Origin: a virus
Lineage: Duplodnaviria; Heunggongvirae; Uroviricota; Caudoviricetes
IMG/VR virus record: IMGVR_UViG_3300014625_000019
Reading direction: 5' to 3' (one strand)
DNA length: 21,072 nucleotides
Shown here: piece by piece, positions 8,065 through 15,608 of the stretch
How positions within the stretch are numbered: the stretch's first letter is position 1
Layout: the number at the start of each line of letters is the position of its first letter
Notes under the pieces: generated by a model
Databases searched by the model: none
What the model was told of the DNA's origin: nothing
The model's input: the letters and a program-made list of their open reading frames with translations, nothing else
Position numbers and translations under genes: made by a program

Positions 8065-8880
8065 ATGTTGCAGCCAGCAAAAAAAGCATCAGTTATTAGC
8101 GCGCGGCTAACTAAATACCTCAAAGATGGAGTGAGGATTGATGACTTTAGCTTTAGAAGGATGTTACGTGAGATTGAAGCACTTAGAGATCCTGTCTCTG
8201 AGGACTATCTTTTAGCGTTGGTCTATGGTGCACATGGCCAAGTGAATGAGGCGATAGGCTTCTTTGAGCGTTCCTTGCAGGTATGCCATAATGAGGTTGT
8301 TGCAAAGAATTTTCTTGTTTTCTTGTCAGATTACGGTACGTTGAAGAAAAGCTTTGAAACAAGCATTAAGCTTGCTGAAAGCTTCATATCCCCGTTTATT
8401 TATCTTCAAGCTTATGAAAACTCCCTCTTTATGGGGAAGATGGCGTTGGCGGAGAAGTATTTCCAGTCATACTCTAAATTGTTCGGAGATAAGGAGCCTG
8501 AAAAAATGGACAACAATTTTGATGAAGTTGTTTCCCAGGTCGAATCCTTTAAGCAACGTGCCGATCTTTCTGGTTTAGAATATGAACTTATTTTCAATAA
8601 TGTAGCCAATGTCATGGATTCTCAGAAGGTTCATCTTTCGGGAATGCGTTTTTATAATATTTCGGAAGAGAAAGTGAATGCGATTGTATTCATGACAAAG
8701 TCTTCTGATGCTGAACAAATCGCTGATATGAATATTGAGCTTGCTTTTTCAATGGCTGAGCACGATTGTTTAGTCGGTAAAGATTTTGCTGTTTGGTTTG
8801 AATGTAAAGACACACATATTGAGCAGAATGCTATCTCCGAATTAGGTCTGATTACCCGGAGGGTTGCACATGCCGGTTAA
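8065..8880 (+). CDS. Hypothetical protein, 271 aa (first gene of a two-gene moron operon)
   Basis: ATG start preceded by an AAGG SD. Long AT-rich leader upstream (7640-8064). Overlaps the downstream gene by 11 nt. No recognisable motif. Confidence 0.6.
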   Translation: MLQPAKKASVISARLTKYLKDGVRIDDFSFRRMLREIEALRDPVSEDYLLALVYGAHGQVNEAIGFFERSLQVCHNEVVAKNFLVFLSDYGTLKKSFETSIKLAESFISPFIYLQAYENSLFMGKMALAEKYFQSYSKLFGDKEPEKMDNNFDEVVSQVESFKQRADLSGLEYELIFNNVANVMDSQKVHLSGMRFYNISEEKVNAIVFMTKSSDAEQIADMNIELAFSMAEHDCLVGKDFAVWFECKDTHIEQNAISELGLITRRVAHAG

Positions 8881-9253
8881 TAGTCAAGATTTTCTCGGTT
8901 TTGCAAAAGACTGTCATCAACGTAATGACGAAATCGGCTATCGAAATGCTATAGCAAGATCCTACTATGGCGCTTACCATCATGTCTTGCCTTGTATGGT
9001 AAACGGGCCGAAAGACAGTCATCAGGGGCTAATCAATTATTTGCAGGGCGATGCTTCAAGAGGAAGTGAAGTATATGAAGCTAGATATCTAAAAGGGATT
9101 AGTTTTATCCTGAGTCAACTTAAAGCTCAGAGGATTGTTGCAGACTATCGACTTGATCAATCGGTCACTTCTAAACAGTCTGAAGTTGCGATTCTAACAA
9201 CTGAGAGGCTCTTTGCTAAGTGTACGGAAATGCTTAAATCGAGAGCCTCCTAA
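8870..9253 (+). CDS. Hypothetical small protein, 127 aa, with an R-x6-H motif (possible HEPN-like fold)
   Basis: ATG at 8870 preceded by GGAGGG (8857-8862) at 7-nt spacing; the track ORF begins at an in-frame TTG at 8864. Motif AIARSYYGAYHH matches the minimal HEPN R-x(4-6)-H signature, but it is N-proximal, so the assignment is tentative. Confidence 0.55.
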   Translation: MPVNSQDFLGFAKDCHQRNDEIGYRNAIARSYYGAYHHVLPCMVNGPKDSHQGLINYLQGDASRGSEVYEARYLKGISFILSQLKAQRIVADYRLDQSVTSKQSEVAILTTERLFAKCTEMLKSRAS

Positions 9254-9258
9254 TTGAT

Positions 9259-9283
9259 AAAGCCACTTAAGTGGCTTTTTTTG
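9259..9283 (+). terminator. Rho-independent terminator hairpin (AAAGCCAC-TTAA-GTGGCTTT plus T-run), possibly bidirectional
   Basis: Perfect 8-bp inverted repeat with a 4-nt loop followed by TTTTT on the plus strand and an A-run on the other side. The int stop codon (9267-9269) lies in the loop. Confidence 0.5.
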
Positions 9284-10439
9284 TGATATTGCTGGTCGTA
9301 TTACCGTCATATTCCTTTAAATATGAACCATAATGACGAAATAACATTTCCGGCCCTTTATGCCCCATTTGAGCTGCAAGCCAAAACAGGTTTGCTCCCC
9401 GGCTGATATGGCGGGTGGCGAATGTATGCCTAGTTTGATATGGATTTCTGTAACGAATACCTGCTTTTCGCAATGTTGGCACCCATGCTTTTTTCCTGAT
9501 TGCATCAGCACTTGCCCAAGGCTTATTGGTCTTTGGATCTTCAAAGACAGTAGTATCCTTCATGAATGTAAATGGCTTCTGATTTATCAGCGCCAACATT
9601 GCCTCTTCTGTCAGTTCAACTTTCCGAGTACCTGCTTTTGTCTTTGTCCCTTTGATAACACCGACAACACTTGCGCTCTGGACATGGGCAGTTTTTCCAA
9701 CAAAGTCGATATCACGCCATCGAAGGGCACATAATTCAGAACTACGCAGGCCTGTATGTATAGCGAACCGGAACAGATTTTCCCATTGTTTGTTTCCGGC
9801 TGCTGCTAGTAATGCATCAACTTCTGCTGGTGATAGCGGATCAACTACGTAGCTGCTTTCTGCTTCTGACTTATCACTTTGGTAGCGCGAAGCTGTTACT
9901 AACGATACGGGGTTAATTTGAAGTACCCCATCGGTCACGGCTTCATCAAGTGCTGACCGCAGGAAAGATAACTGGTTGCGAATTGTTTTTAAGGTCGTTT
10001 TCTGATTTTGAATCCACGCTTTCAGGGTTGCTGGTGTTAATTCACTTGCAGGGCAAATGTGAAGTGAGGCTAACGCACTACGGCATTTTTTATAGCCACC
10101 AATCGTAGAGGGTGAAAGTTTTCTTGTTTCGCAGATTTCAAGATATTCGTCCAGGTACATCTTTACCGTTTTGCCTGCAGCAGCATTACCAAAAATTTTC
10201 AAACGAGCAGAACGGGGAAAATATTCTGCATAAATGAATGTTCCCCTTTCGATCTTATTATGGATTTCGCCGAGTGTACGCTCGGCGTATTTAATGTTCT
10301 TTGGTGTTACTTCCAGATTGGAAAGCGGCTCACGACATCTAACTCCTTTGTAGGTGAAAGTTATATTGATCGTTTCTCCCTGGCGGTGTTTCCTGATTGT
10401 TACGCCGCGCGGTAGTTTGAGCAGTTTTGTCTGGCCCAT
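9267..10439 (-). CDS. int: Lambda-type tyrosine integrase, 390 aa
   Basis: Catalytic signature GLRSSELCALRW (Arg), RHTFATRH (His-x-x-Arg), LFRHYGSY (Tyr). N-terminal arm-binding-type region. 5' end overlaps xis, as in lambda. Confidence 0.85.
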   Translation of the reverse strand: MGQTKLLKLPRGVTIRKHRQGETINITFTYKGVRCREPLSNLEVTPKNIKYAERTLGEIHNKIERGTFIYAEYFPRSARLKIFGNAAAGKTVKMYLDEYLEICETRKLSPSTIGGYKKCRSALASLHICPASELTPATLKAWIQNQKTTLKTIRNQLSFLRSALDEAVTDGVLQINPVSLVTASRYQSDKSEAESSYVVDPLSPAEVDALLAAAGNKQWENLFRFAIHTGLRSSELCALRWRDIDFVGKTAHVQSASVVGVIKGTKTKAGTRKVELTEEAMLALINQKPFTFMKDTTVFEDPKTNKPWASADAIRKKAWVPTLRKAGIRYRNPYQTRHTFATRHISRGANLFWLAAQMGHKGPEMLFRHYGSYLKEYDGNTTSNITKKAT

Positions 10440-10606
10440 TTTGCAACCTCACTAAGATCAATCCACCTCTCCTTAACGCCTTCAACCTTTAAAACCTGAA
10501 CACCTTCACGCCAAACACCGCGCTGTACACGTTTGTTTATTGCTTCAGGAGTTTCGCCAGTTTCTTTGCAATAAGTTGAGATAGGAACACAATCGAGGTT
10601 CAGCAT
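10400..10606 (-). CDS. xis: Excisionase (Xis-like small DNA-binding protein), about 68 aa
   Basis: Small basic protein immediately upstream of and overlapping int. Internal ATG at 10606 has GGAG 6 nt upstream; the track ORF extends to 10645 but lacks an SD there. Loose resemblance to lambda Xis at the N-terminus. Confidence 0.6.
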   Translation of the reverse strand: MLNLDCVPISTYCKETGETPEAINKRVQRGVWREGVQVLKVEGVKERWIDLSEVAKWARQNCSNYRAA

Positions 10607-10647
10607 ACGTTTCTCCATTATCCCGTCTGCACACGGGAGCAACATTA

Positions 10648-11514
10648 TTAACGAATAGTGTCGTTACTTTGAAGTACAGCAAATGCCATTAATACTTCTA
10701 AAGTATATCTTCTATAAAATTTAACAAAACCAACATAGAAAACATAGACGAAGAAAAAGCTAAGCATTATTGAAAGTAAACTATAAAGATAATCACTATG
10801 AGTACATAATCGATAAATAAAGGTTGGAACTGATACCCAAAATGAAATTATAAAGATTAAACATATGTTTCTGCAAAAACCATATAATGCAACATAGTTT
10901 TGAATTTTTGTTTGATGTTGTTTTGAAAACTCATAAACATAATGATATGCCAATCTGAAGAGATCATCATCAAGTCCGTTTTTATCTTGTAATAATTGGC
11001 GATTTGTTATGAACTTTTTCTCATAACCTTCTTTGATCATTAACCATGTTGTATTAGCTAAATGAAATGGTAGAGATTGAGAATAACATAGTTTTTGTGT
11101 TATAAAATCCCATAGTATTATTGGGCATAATACGCATTTGATTATGCGATTCTTTATTTTTGTTTTTTTATCAGCGCTTCTCTCATCGCATGATGGGCTA
11201 CAAATGCTTTCTGAGGTATCTATCAATTTTTTAAATAGATATTTGGAAGGATATCCTAATTCTTTATTCATGTATTTTTCGATAAAAAATGCTGACGTGA
11301 TAGAAATAAAATGTCCAGCTATATAAGATATAATAACTATTGAAGCGTAGTTCAAAATGCCAAAGATTTGACTTTGACCTCTGAGCAATTCACTTAAGTC
11401 AATAACAATATCTAGATCGAATGTCAAACCACAGAAATACATTAATAGGATAAAAAAACCACCTGGTATTAAATATCCAAGAAAGTCATAGAATGAGAAT
11501 GGATTTTGATTCAT
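10648..11514 (-). CDS. Predicted integral membrane protein (about 4 TM segments, Cys-containing central soluble region), unknown function; AT-rich moron
   Basis: Hydrophobic stretches FLGYLIPGGFFILLMYFCGLTF, IFGILNYASIVIISYIAGHFISITSAFFI, ICLIFIISFWVSVPTFIY, LLSIMLSFFFVYVFYVGFV. ATG at 11514 with GGAG 7 nt upstream; the track ORF starts at TTG 11538. Stop abuts the xis start. Confidence 0.6.
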   Translation of the reverse strand: MNQNPFSFYDFLGYLIPGGFFILLMYFCGLTFDLDIVIDLSELLRGQSQIFGILNYASIVIISYIAGHFISITSAFFIEKYMNKELGYPSKYLFKKLIDTSESICSPSCDERSADKKTKIKNRIIKCVLCPIILWDFITQKLCYSQSLPFHLANTTWLMIKEGYEKKFITNRQLLQDKNGLDDDLFRLAYHYVYEFSKQHQTKIQNYVALYGFCRNICLIFIISFWVSVPTFIYRLCTHSDYLYSLLSIMLSFFFVYVFYVGFVKFYRRYTLEVLMAFAVLQSNDTIR

Positions 11515-11622
11515 TGTTGCTCTCCAATAATTTTTCAATTTGTAATATAACCTATATCTATATGTTAATAAATTACTTATATGTTCTTTTATGGCAGAGT
11601 TTGAATTCGTACGTGCTGATTT

Positions 11623-12147
11623 TTACGACTCAGTTAACTCTTTAAAGCGTTCCATAAACATCCCATAGGTATGGCCTGGCGACAGTGGAATAACTTTGAA
11701 CATCTCTGTTGCCGGGATACCTTCCAGTACGGGCCAGAAAGAGCCATCATCAAGCCCGAGATCGCGGCGTTCGGTTGCCAGCATGATGAGATCGGCATAT
11801 TTCACGGGCGTACTCATAACCGGGGGTAACCCGTATTTCTCACGGATTACGGCGTCTATTTTTTCTTCCATCCGTTTATAGTCAGGAAGAAGGCGTTTCA
11901 GTGGAGCCGGGATGTCCTGGCAATACGCTTCTGTTGCATCATGCATTAACGCTTCAAAAGCAAATTCCTGCGGTACCAGCTGGCTGCAAAGCACCGCATG
12001 TTGGGCGACGCTGTAGAAGTGTGAAAGATGGCCGGCAAAGCGACAGATATTTGAAAGGGAAACCGCGATATCGTTAATATCGATGTTGTCTTTATTTATC
12101 CTGTCATAATAAAAATGTTTCCCGGAAAAAGTTTTAATAAATGACAT
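11623..12147 (-). CDS. yfdR: HD-domain phosphohydrolase (YfdR-like 5'-deoxynucleotidase family)
   Basis: HD signature H...SVAQH...L(x)nLMHDATEAY with downstream acidic residues. ATG at 12147 with GGAG 6 nt upstream; the track ORF starts at GTG 12159. Name assigned from recollection of the CPS-53 prophage yfdR; not verified by search. Confidence 0.7.
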   Translation of the reverse strand: MSFIKTFSGKHFYYDRINKDNIDINDIAVSLSNICRFAGHLSHFYSVAQHAVLCSQLVPQEFAFEALMHDATEAYCQDIPAPLKRLLPDYKRMEEKIDAVIREKYGLPPVMSTPVKYADLIMLATERRDLGLDDGSFWPVLEGIPATEMFKVIPLSPGHTYGMFMERFKELTES

Positions 12148-12275
12148 TTTGTTCTCCACGTTATATGCGCTGCACCGCGCTGAATTTTGGTTAAAGAAAA
12201 CCCTCGCCTTCAGGCGATTATTGAGTCAATTACGTTTCCATAAATGCCCCCGCAGGGGCATTTGCAGTAATGAAA

Positions 12276-13100
12276 TCAGGCGGTGAAAGTCCCAATAAAG
12301 GTTTCTACTTTGCTGTCCTTGAATTTCTCAACAAGCAGATCACGAAATTCGTTAGCCATATCTTCCTGCACCGCTTCCAGCTGAATAATGCGCAGAACCA
12401 GTACAGGACGATCGCCAGTGATAATGCTGAGGCGTAATTTAAACGGACGTTCTTTCAGACCTTCAAACGGAACGCATTTAAACTCAAATGCCACTGGCAT
12501 AATGTCTTTGGTCTTCGCTTCGACAGACTCCATCAGGGAGCGTTTGCCGCTGAAGTCATTATCTTCAAAATCAGCAGTCTGGTTTGCTTCAATCGTGATT
12601 TTACGGACCGCCGCAGCCGCTTTTGTTGCCTGAATGGTGTCACCATTAGCATCAAAGCCCACAAGGTAGTCGGCCCAGTCTTCGATCCATTCTGCCAGTG
12701 ACTTCTGGGAGTTACGCTCGCCGTTAACAGACAACAGAGCAGAGAACGGTGCTGTCTTTTTCAGTTTGAGAGTGGCAGTGTTATCTGCGTGACCTGGCTC
12801 ATCAATAGTACCCAGGTTAAGCACACTGACGGCACGCATATTATCGGCATCGATAAAGCAGCGGGTGCCTTCATCTGCAAGATCTTTAGAATAACGGGTA
12901 AAATCATCGATGCTGGCAGTGGAAAGTGCACCACGGAAACGGAAGCGATTTAAATTAAATTTTTCCAGATCATGAATGCGGAAATTCTCAGGCAATGCCA
13001 CAGCATCGGCACCAATCTTACTGATAATTTCATTAACACCCTGAGCAGAAATAAGGGCATGGATTTGATTAATTGCGGTTGCGTCTAAGTTCTGAGACAT
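12276..13100 (-). CDS. yfdQ: YfdQ-like prophage protein (DUF2303-type), 274 aa
   Basis: Uninterrupted ORF in the same orientation within the yfdP-yfdQ-yfdR order. Size and N-terminus ([12 protein letters not shown]...) match my recollection of E. coli YfdQ; unverified. Confidence 0.65.
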   Translation of the reverse strand: MSQNLDATAINQIHALISAQGVNEIISKIGADAVALPENFRIHDLEKFNLNRFRFRGALSTASIDDFTRYSKDLADEGTRCFIDADNMRAVSVLNLGTIDEPGHADNTATLKLKKTAPFSALLSVNGERNSQKSLAEWIEDWADYLVGFDANGDTIQATKAAAAVRKITIEANQTADFEDNDFSGKRSLMESVEAKTKDIMPVAFEFKCVPFEGLKERPFKLRLSIITGDRPVLVLRIIQLEAVQEDMANEFRDLLVEKFKDSKVETFIGTFTA

Positions 13101-13165
13101 AATAAGTCCTCACTATATAAAGATATTCAGTGATGAGATAAATAATCAGTTTATTACGAACGATA

Positions 13166-13528
13166 TTAACGACCTGCTGCGCGGAGTTTTCCGTCAGGTT
13201 CACCGGCAAGAGTCAGTAATTGTCCCTGGTCTTCCTGCAGAATAGTCAGGCGACCACCGCGATTGACATACATCGGCGTTTCGGTGGTGTCTTCTTCGGA
13301 AATTTTCCCGCGGTTAGTTGGGCGAACATATGAGAGTTTGTGTTTGATTTTCACACGGTTCTCATCAAACGGTTCGATTTCCAGGTTGAGCGAGACCTTA
13401 CCTTTGGTTTTCGTGTTCATCACACCGGAAGCGACTTCACTGAGAACTGCGCCGATTTTGGTTTCAAATACGCCGCCGTCCAGCTCCCCGATAAATGCCT
13501 GCACATCAGTACTGCGTTCGCTAGCCAT
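13166..13528 (-). CDS. yfdP: YfdP-like small prophage protein, 120 aa
   Basis: ATG at 13528 (MASERSTDVQ...) with GAGGAG SD 9 nt upstream. The longer track ORF (to 13846) extends into a GC-rich region with Arg/Cys-rich, non-protein-like translation, so the shorter start is preferred. Confidence 0.6.
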   Translation of the reverse strand: MASERSTDVQAFIGELDGGVFETKIGAVLSEVASGVMNTKTKGKVSLNLEIEPFDENRVKIKHKLSYVRPTNRGKISEEDTTETPMYVNRGGRLTILQEDQGQLLTLAGEPDGKLRAAGR

Positions 13529-13576
13529 TTTGCTGCTCCTCATCATATCGACCCTGCAAGGTCGGTTAGTTTCTCC

Positions 13577-13665
13577 ACAAAACAGAGAAGAACACCTGCG
13601 GTGACTGCCGCCCGGATGGATTGGGTTATGAGCCCGTCGTCCGGTGATGCTCTTCTCTGTTTTGT
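13577..13665. repeat. Long inverted repeat (18-bp arms, 17 of 18 complementary) enclosing a 53-nt GC-rich segment; potential large hairpin
   Basis: ACAAAACAGAGAAGAACA (13577-13594) pairs with TGCTCTTCTCTGTTTTGT (13648-13665). Lies in an apparently non-coding GC-rich segment upstream of yfdP. Confidence 0.5.
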
Positions 13666-13929
13666 AAAAAGGACGGTACCAGCCGGAAGCAAGGGTACAA
13701 GCTGGTACCGCCAGGACTACACACAGCATAAAGTTGTGGTGCCGGGTGCCTCCCGGTGCCTGGCGAAGGTTGCACACCAGGCGGGTGGGTATCCACAGAA
13801 GGTCGACTGTCAGCCTCAACCTTAACCCGCGTGCGCTGAGCCGCATTCACCACAACGCTAAGGATTCTCTCTGGTTGAAAATACTTAGCTGTTATGTGCC
13901 TGCTTTTAGCCACATCAGGCGAGGTGGAC

Positions 13930-13981
13930 CTGGTTATTCCCCAACAACAAGGATTCGGTTAATCTGGTTATCCCCAACAAC
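13930..13981 (+). repeat. Two direct repeats CTGGTTAT(T)CCCCAACAAC separated by 15 nt, immediately upstream of the 13997 start codon; possible regulator binding sites
   Basis: Copies at 13930-13948 and 13964-13981 differ by a single extra T. Confidence 0.5.
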
Positions 13982-13996
13982 GCAAAAGGAAAAGAA

Positions 13997-14431
13997 ATGT
14001 CCGGTAATATCTACACGCTGTACAAATCCCACTGTGAAAATGTTGGAAAGTATCGGGGCATTGAAATCAGTGGGGTAGTGTCATCAGTCGAAATAAGCAA
14101 AGTGGAATCAAGGGCAACATTACTTACTCTTCTGGACCTTGTCTTACATGAGCACCGGAAGAAATTCGGCACTCCCTATAATCAGTTGAATGGGAAAAAG
14201 GCTCTGGTTCACCTTATTCTGATGAAGCATCACTGGATGCCAAAACAGATTAATGAGATGAAATTTGATGAACTTCTTCTTTCAATTCAGGATGAACTCA
14301 CACTTGATAAAATAAGCGTAACCGCCCAGAAATTTTTAGATTATCGAGACTGGAGATCACAAATTCATCACTTTGATGATTTTGACGAAAATGAATGGGA
14401 TCCTAATTTGTCTGCACAATATCTAAAGTAA
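13997..14431 (+). CDS. Hypothetical protein, 144 aa
   Basis: ATG with AAGGA SD upstream. Protein-like composition. 3' end overlaps a convergent minus-strand gene by 29 nt. Confidence 0.5.
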   Translation: MSGNIYTLYKSHCENVGKYRGIEISGVVSSVEISKVESRATLLTLLDLVLHEHRKKFGTPYNQLNGKKALVHLILMKHHWMPKQINEMKFDELLLSIQDELTLDKISVTAQKFLDYRDWRSQIHHFDDFDENEWDPNLSAQYLK

Positions 14432-14609
14432 CATCCTGTGATAAAACCGTGATTTCCTGATCCAGTTTTTTTAAGGAGTCTATTGTTTCCTGTCGATAAG
14501 ACAGCACTTCACGAAGCTGGTTTATAGCTGCCAGCTTCTTTGCCATCCACTCGTAAATTTCCTCATTTGTGTATCCGGGCGCGACGATTTTGGGTTCTGT
14601 TTTGTGCAT
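14403..14609 (-). CDS. Hypothetical small protein, 68 aa, first gene downstream of the putative leftward operator region
   Basis: ATG at 14609 with strong GAGGAGG SD 6 nt upstream. Helical/coiled-coil-like composition. Confidence 0.5.
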   Translation of the reverse strand: MHKTEPKIVAPGYTNEEIYEWMAKKLAAINQLREVLSYRQETIDSLKKLDQEITVLSQDVTLDIVQTN

Positions 14610-14668
14610 TTCACACCTCCTCAAGTTATCAGTTACTTGTTGATGGGGACCAGATTGTTAAAGAGCTA

Positions 14669-14691
14669 AGCGTCCTGTAGGGCGCTTTTTT
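14669..14691 (+). terminator. Rho-independent terminator-like hairpin plus T6 on the plus strand
   Basis: AGCGTCC-TGTA-GGGCGCT stem (7 bp including one G-U) followed by TTTTTT. No annotated plus-strand gene ends nearby, so it may terminate read-through from the 13997 gene or a small RNA. Confidence 0.4.
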
Positions 14692-14771
14692 GTTGCTAAC
14701 GAATCATCCTGGACTTTATATGCCCCAGGCGGCTACTTCGTGGGCGTCCTGCCTGTTTGTTGTTTCTCTTG

Positions 14772-14798
14772 GGTACATTATGTATCTCATAGGTACAT
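14772..14798. promoter_or_regulatory. Putative leftward operator (OL-like): repeated GGTACAT half-sites including a near-palindrome
   Basis: GGTACATTATGTATC (14772-14786) and GGTACATTG (14792-14800) share the GGTACA core with the palindromes between cI and cro. Confidence 0.35.
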
Positions 14799-14804
14799 TG
14801 TCAA

Positions 14805-14831
14805 GTATAAAAAAACCTGCCGAAGCAGGTT
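14805..14831 (-). terminator. Rho-independent terminator for cI (minus-strand hairpin ACCTGC-TTCG-GCAGGT followed by T-run)
   Basis: Minus-strand reading AACCTGCTTCGGCAGGTTTTTTTAT, 14 nt downstream of the cI stop. Confidence 0.5.
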
Positions 14832-14843
14832 CATAAACATTGA

Positions 14844-15518
14844 TTAGGCTTTGATTTTGTATCTTCTTGGTTTTCCTGAGAAAATCACAGTTCCAATTAT
14901 AGAGCAATTACCGTTGATCTTAATGTAAGGCTCAGGCCAGTTTGGGTTTAACGCTTTGAGATAACGCTGTGTCCCATCTTCTATCAACCTTTTGAAGGTG
15001 GTTTCACCTGTATCGTGCATCAATGCAATAACGTCGTCACCGTGGCAGGCAGGTACTTCAGGATCGACAAAAATCATGTCTCCCGGGCGGTACTCATCAA
15101 TCATTGAATCACCTATCACCCGCAAGATATAAGTCATTTCCCCACAGGGTACAGGGCAGGGATACGTTTCTGCTGTGCTCAAATCAACCTCAGAATATCC
15201 AACTTCTTTCCATGCTCCGGCCTGTACCCATGATATGACAGGGACTAATGTGATTTGTTTATTAGTGATTGAAACATCAGGTTTTTTTGTGATGTTCGTT
15301 GTCTGGTGTTCTTGATCGAGCCATCCGACAGGCAGGTCGAAACATTTTTCGATGTGTCGTGCCATGCTGTCACCGATATTTTTAGTAGCACCATCTCCCA
15401 TAAACCTGCTGGTCTGGGTTGGCTCGCGATCAATCATAGTGGCAAAGGAAGAATTCCCGCCAACACCATCTCTCAGTTTTCTGGCGTTAGACCGCCGGAT
15501 GTCATGGATTGTTTTCAT
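14844..15518 (-). CDS. cI: CI-like phage repressor with C-terminal LexA/S24-type autopeptidase domain
   Basis: C-terminal region aligns with lambda CI motifs (VISWVQAGAWKE vs VFSHVQAGMF; GDSM vs GNSM; TTFKRLIEDGTQRYLKALNPNWP vs [23 protein letters not shown]). Divergent from the cro-like gene across an operator region. Confidence 0.85.
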   Translation of the reverse strand: MKTIHDIRRSNARKLRDGVGGNSSFATMIDREPTQTSRFMGDGATKNIGDSMARHIEKCFDLPVGWLDQEHQTTNITKKPDVSITNKQITLVPVISWVQAGAWKEVGYSEVDLSTAETYPCPVPCGEMTYILRVIGDSMIDEYRPGDMIFVDPEVPACHGDDVIALMHDTGETTFKRLIEDGTQRYLKALNPNWPEPYIKINGNCSIIGTVIFSGKPRRYKIKA

Positions 15519-15533
15519 AACGAAATTAAAACC

Positions 15534-15605
15534 CTTGTACCGTTAAGGTACAAGTATCTTGAAGGTTCATTTCAATCATGTAATATGTACACCGGAGGTA
15601 CATAT
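15534..15605. promoter_or_regulatory. OR-like operator/promoter region: two palindromes with GTAC cores between divergent cI and cro
   Basis: CTTGTACC-GTTAA-GGTACAAG (15534-15554, perfect 8-bp arms) and ATATGTAC-ACCGGAG-GTACATAT (15583-15605, perfect 8-bp arms). The second overlaps the cro SD. Confidence 0.5.
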
Positions 15606-15608
15606 TGT

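Noticed and set aside
9317-9852. ORFs 9317-9544 (-), 9360-9734 (+) and 9652-9852 (+)
   Set aside because: Alternate-frame or antisense ORFs inside the lambda-type integrase gene.
13930-13981. CRISPR array
   Set aside because: Only two direct-repeat copies of about 18 bp with a 15-nt spacer and no cas genes. More consistent with regulator binding sites.
13529-13996. Retron msr/msd locus
   Set aside because: The long inverted repeat and GC-rich structure resemble retron non-coding DNA superficially, but no reverse-transcriptase gene is adjacent on either side.
13340-14078. ORFs 13340-13825 (+), 13626-13913 (-), 13734-14078 (+) and the long 13166-13846 (-) extension
   Set aside because: They cover the GC-rich structured segment and the antisense of yfdP. 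Translations are Arg/Pro/Cys-rich with no SD, so the region is better explained as non-coding.
14716-14907. Minus-strand 63-aa ORF overlapping the cI 3' end
   Set aside because: Spans the cI terminator and putative operator region and overlaps the cI stop. No start signals.
15245-15608. ORFs 15245-15433 (-), 15352-15546 (+) and the 5' extension of the 15306-15809 ORF
   Set aside because: Inside or antisense to the CI-like repressor gene. The real cro-like start is the ATG at 15609 with a GGAGG SD.
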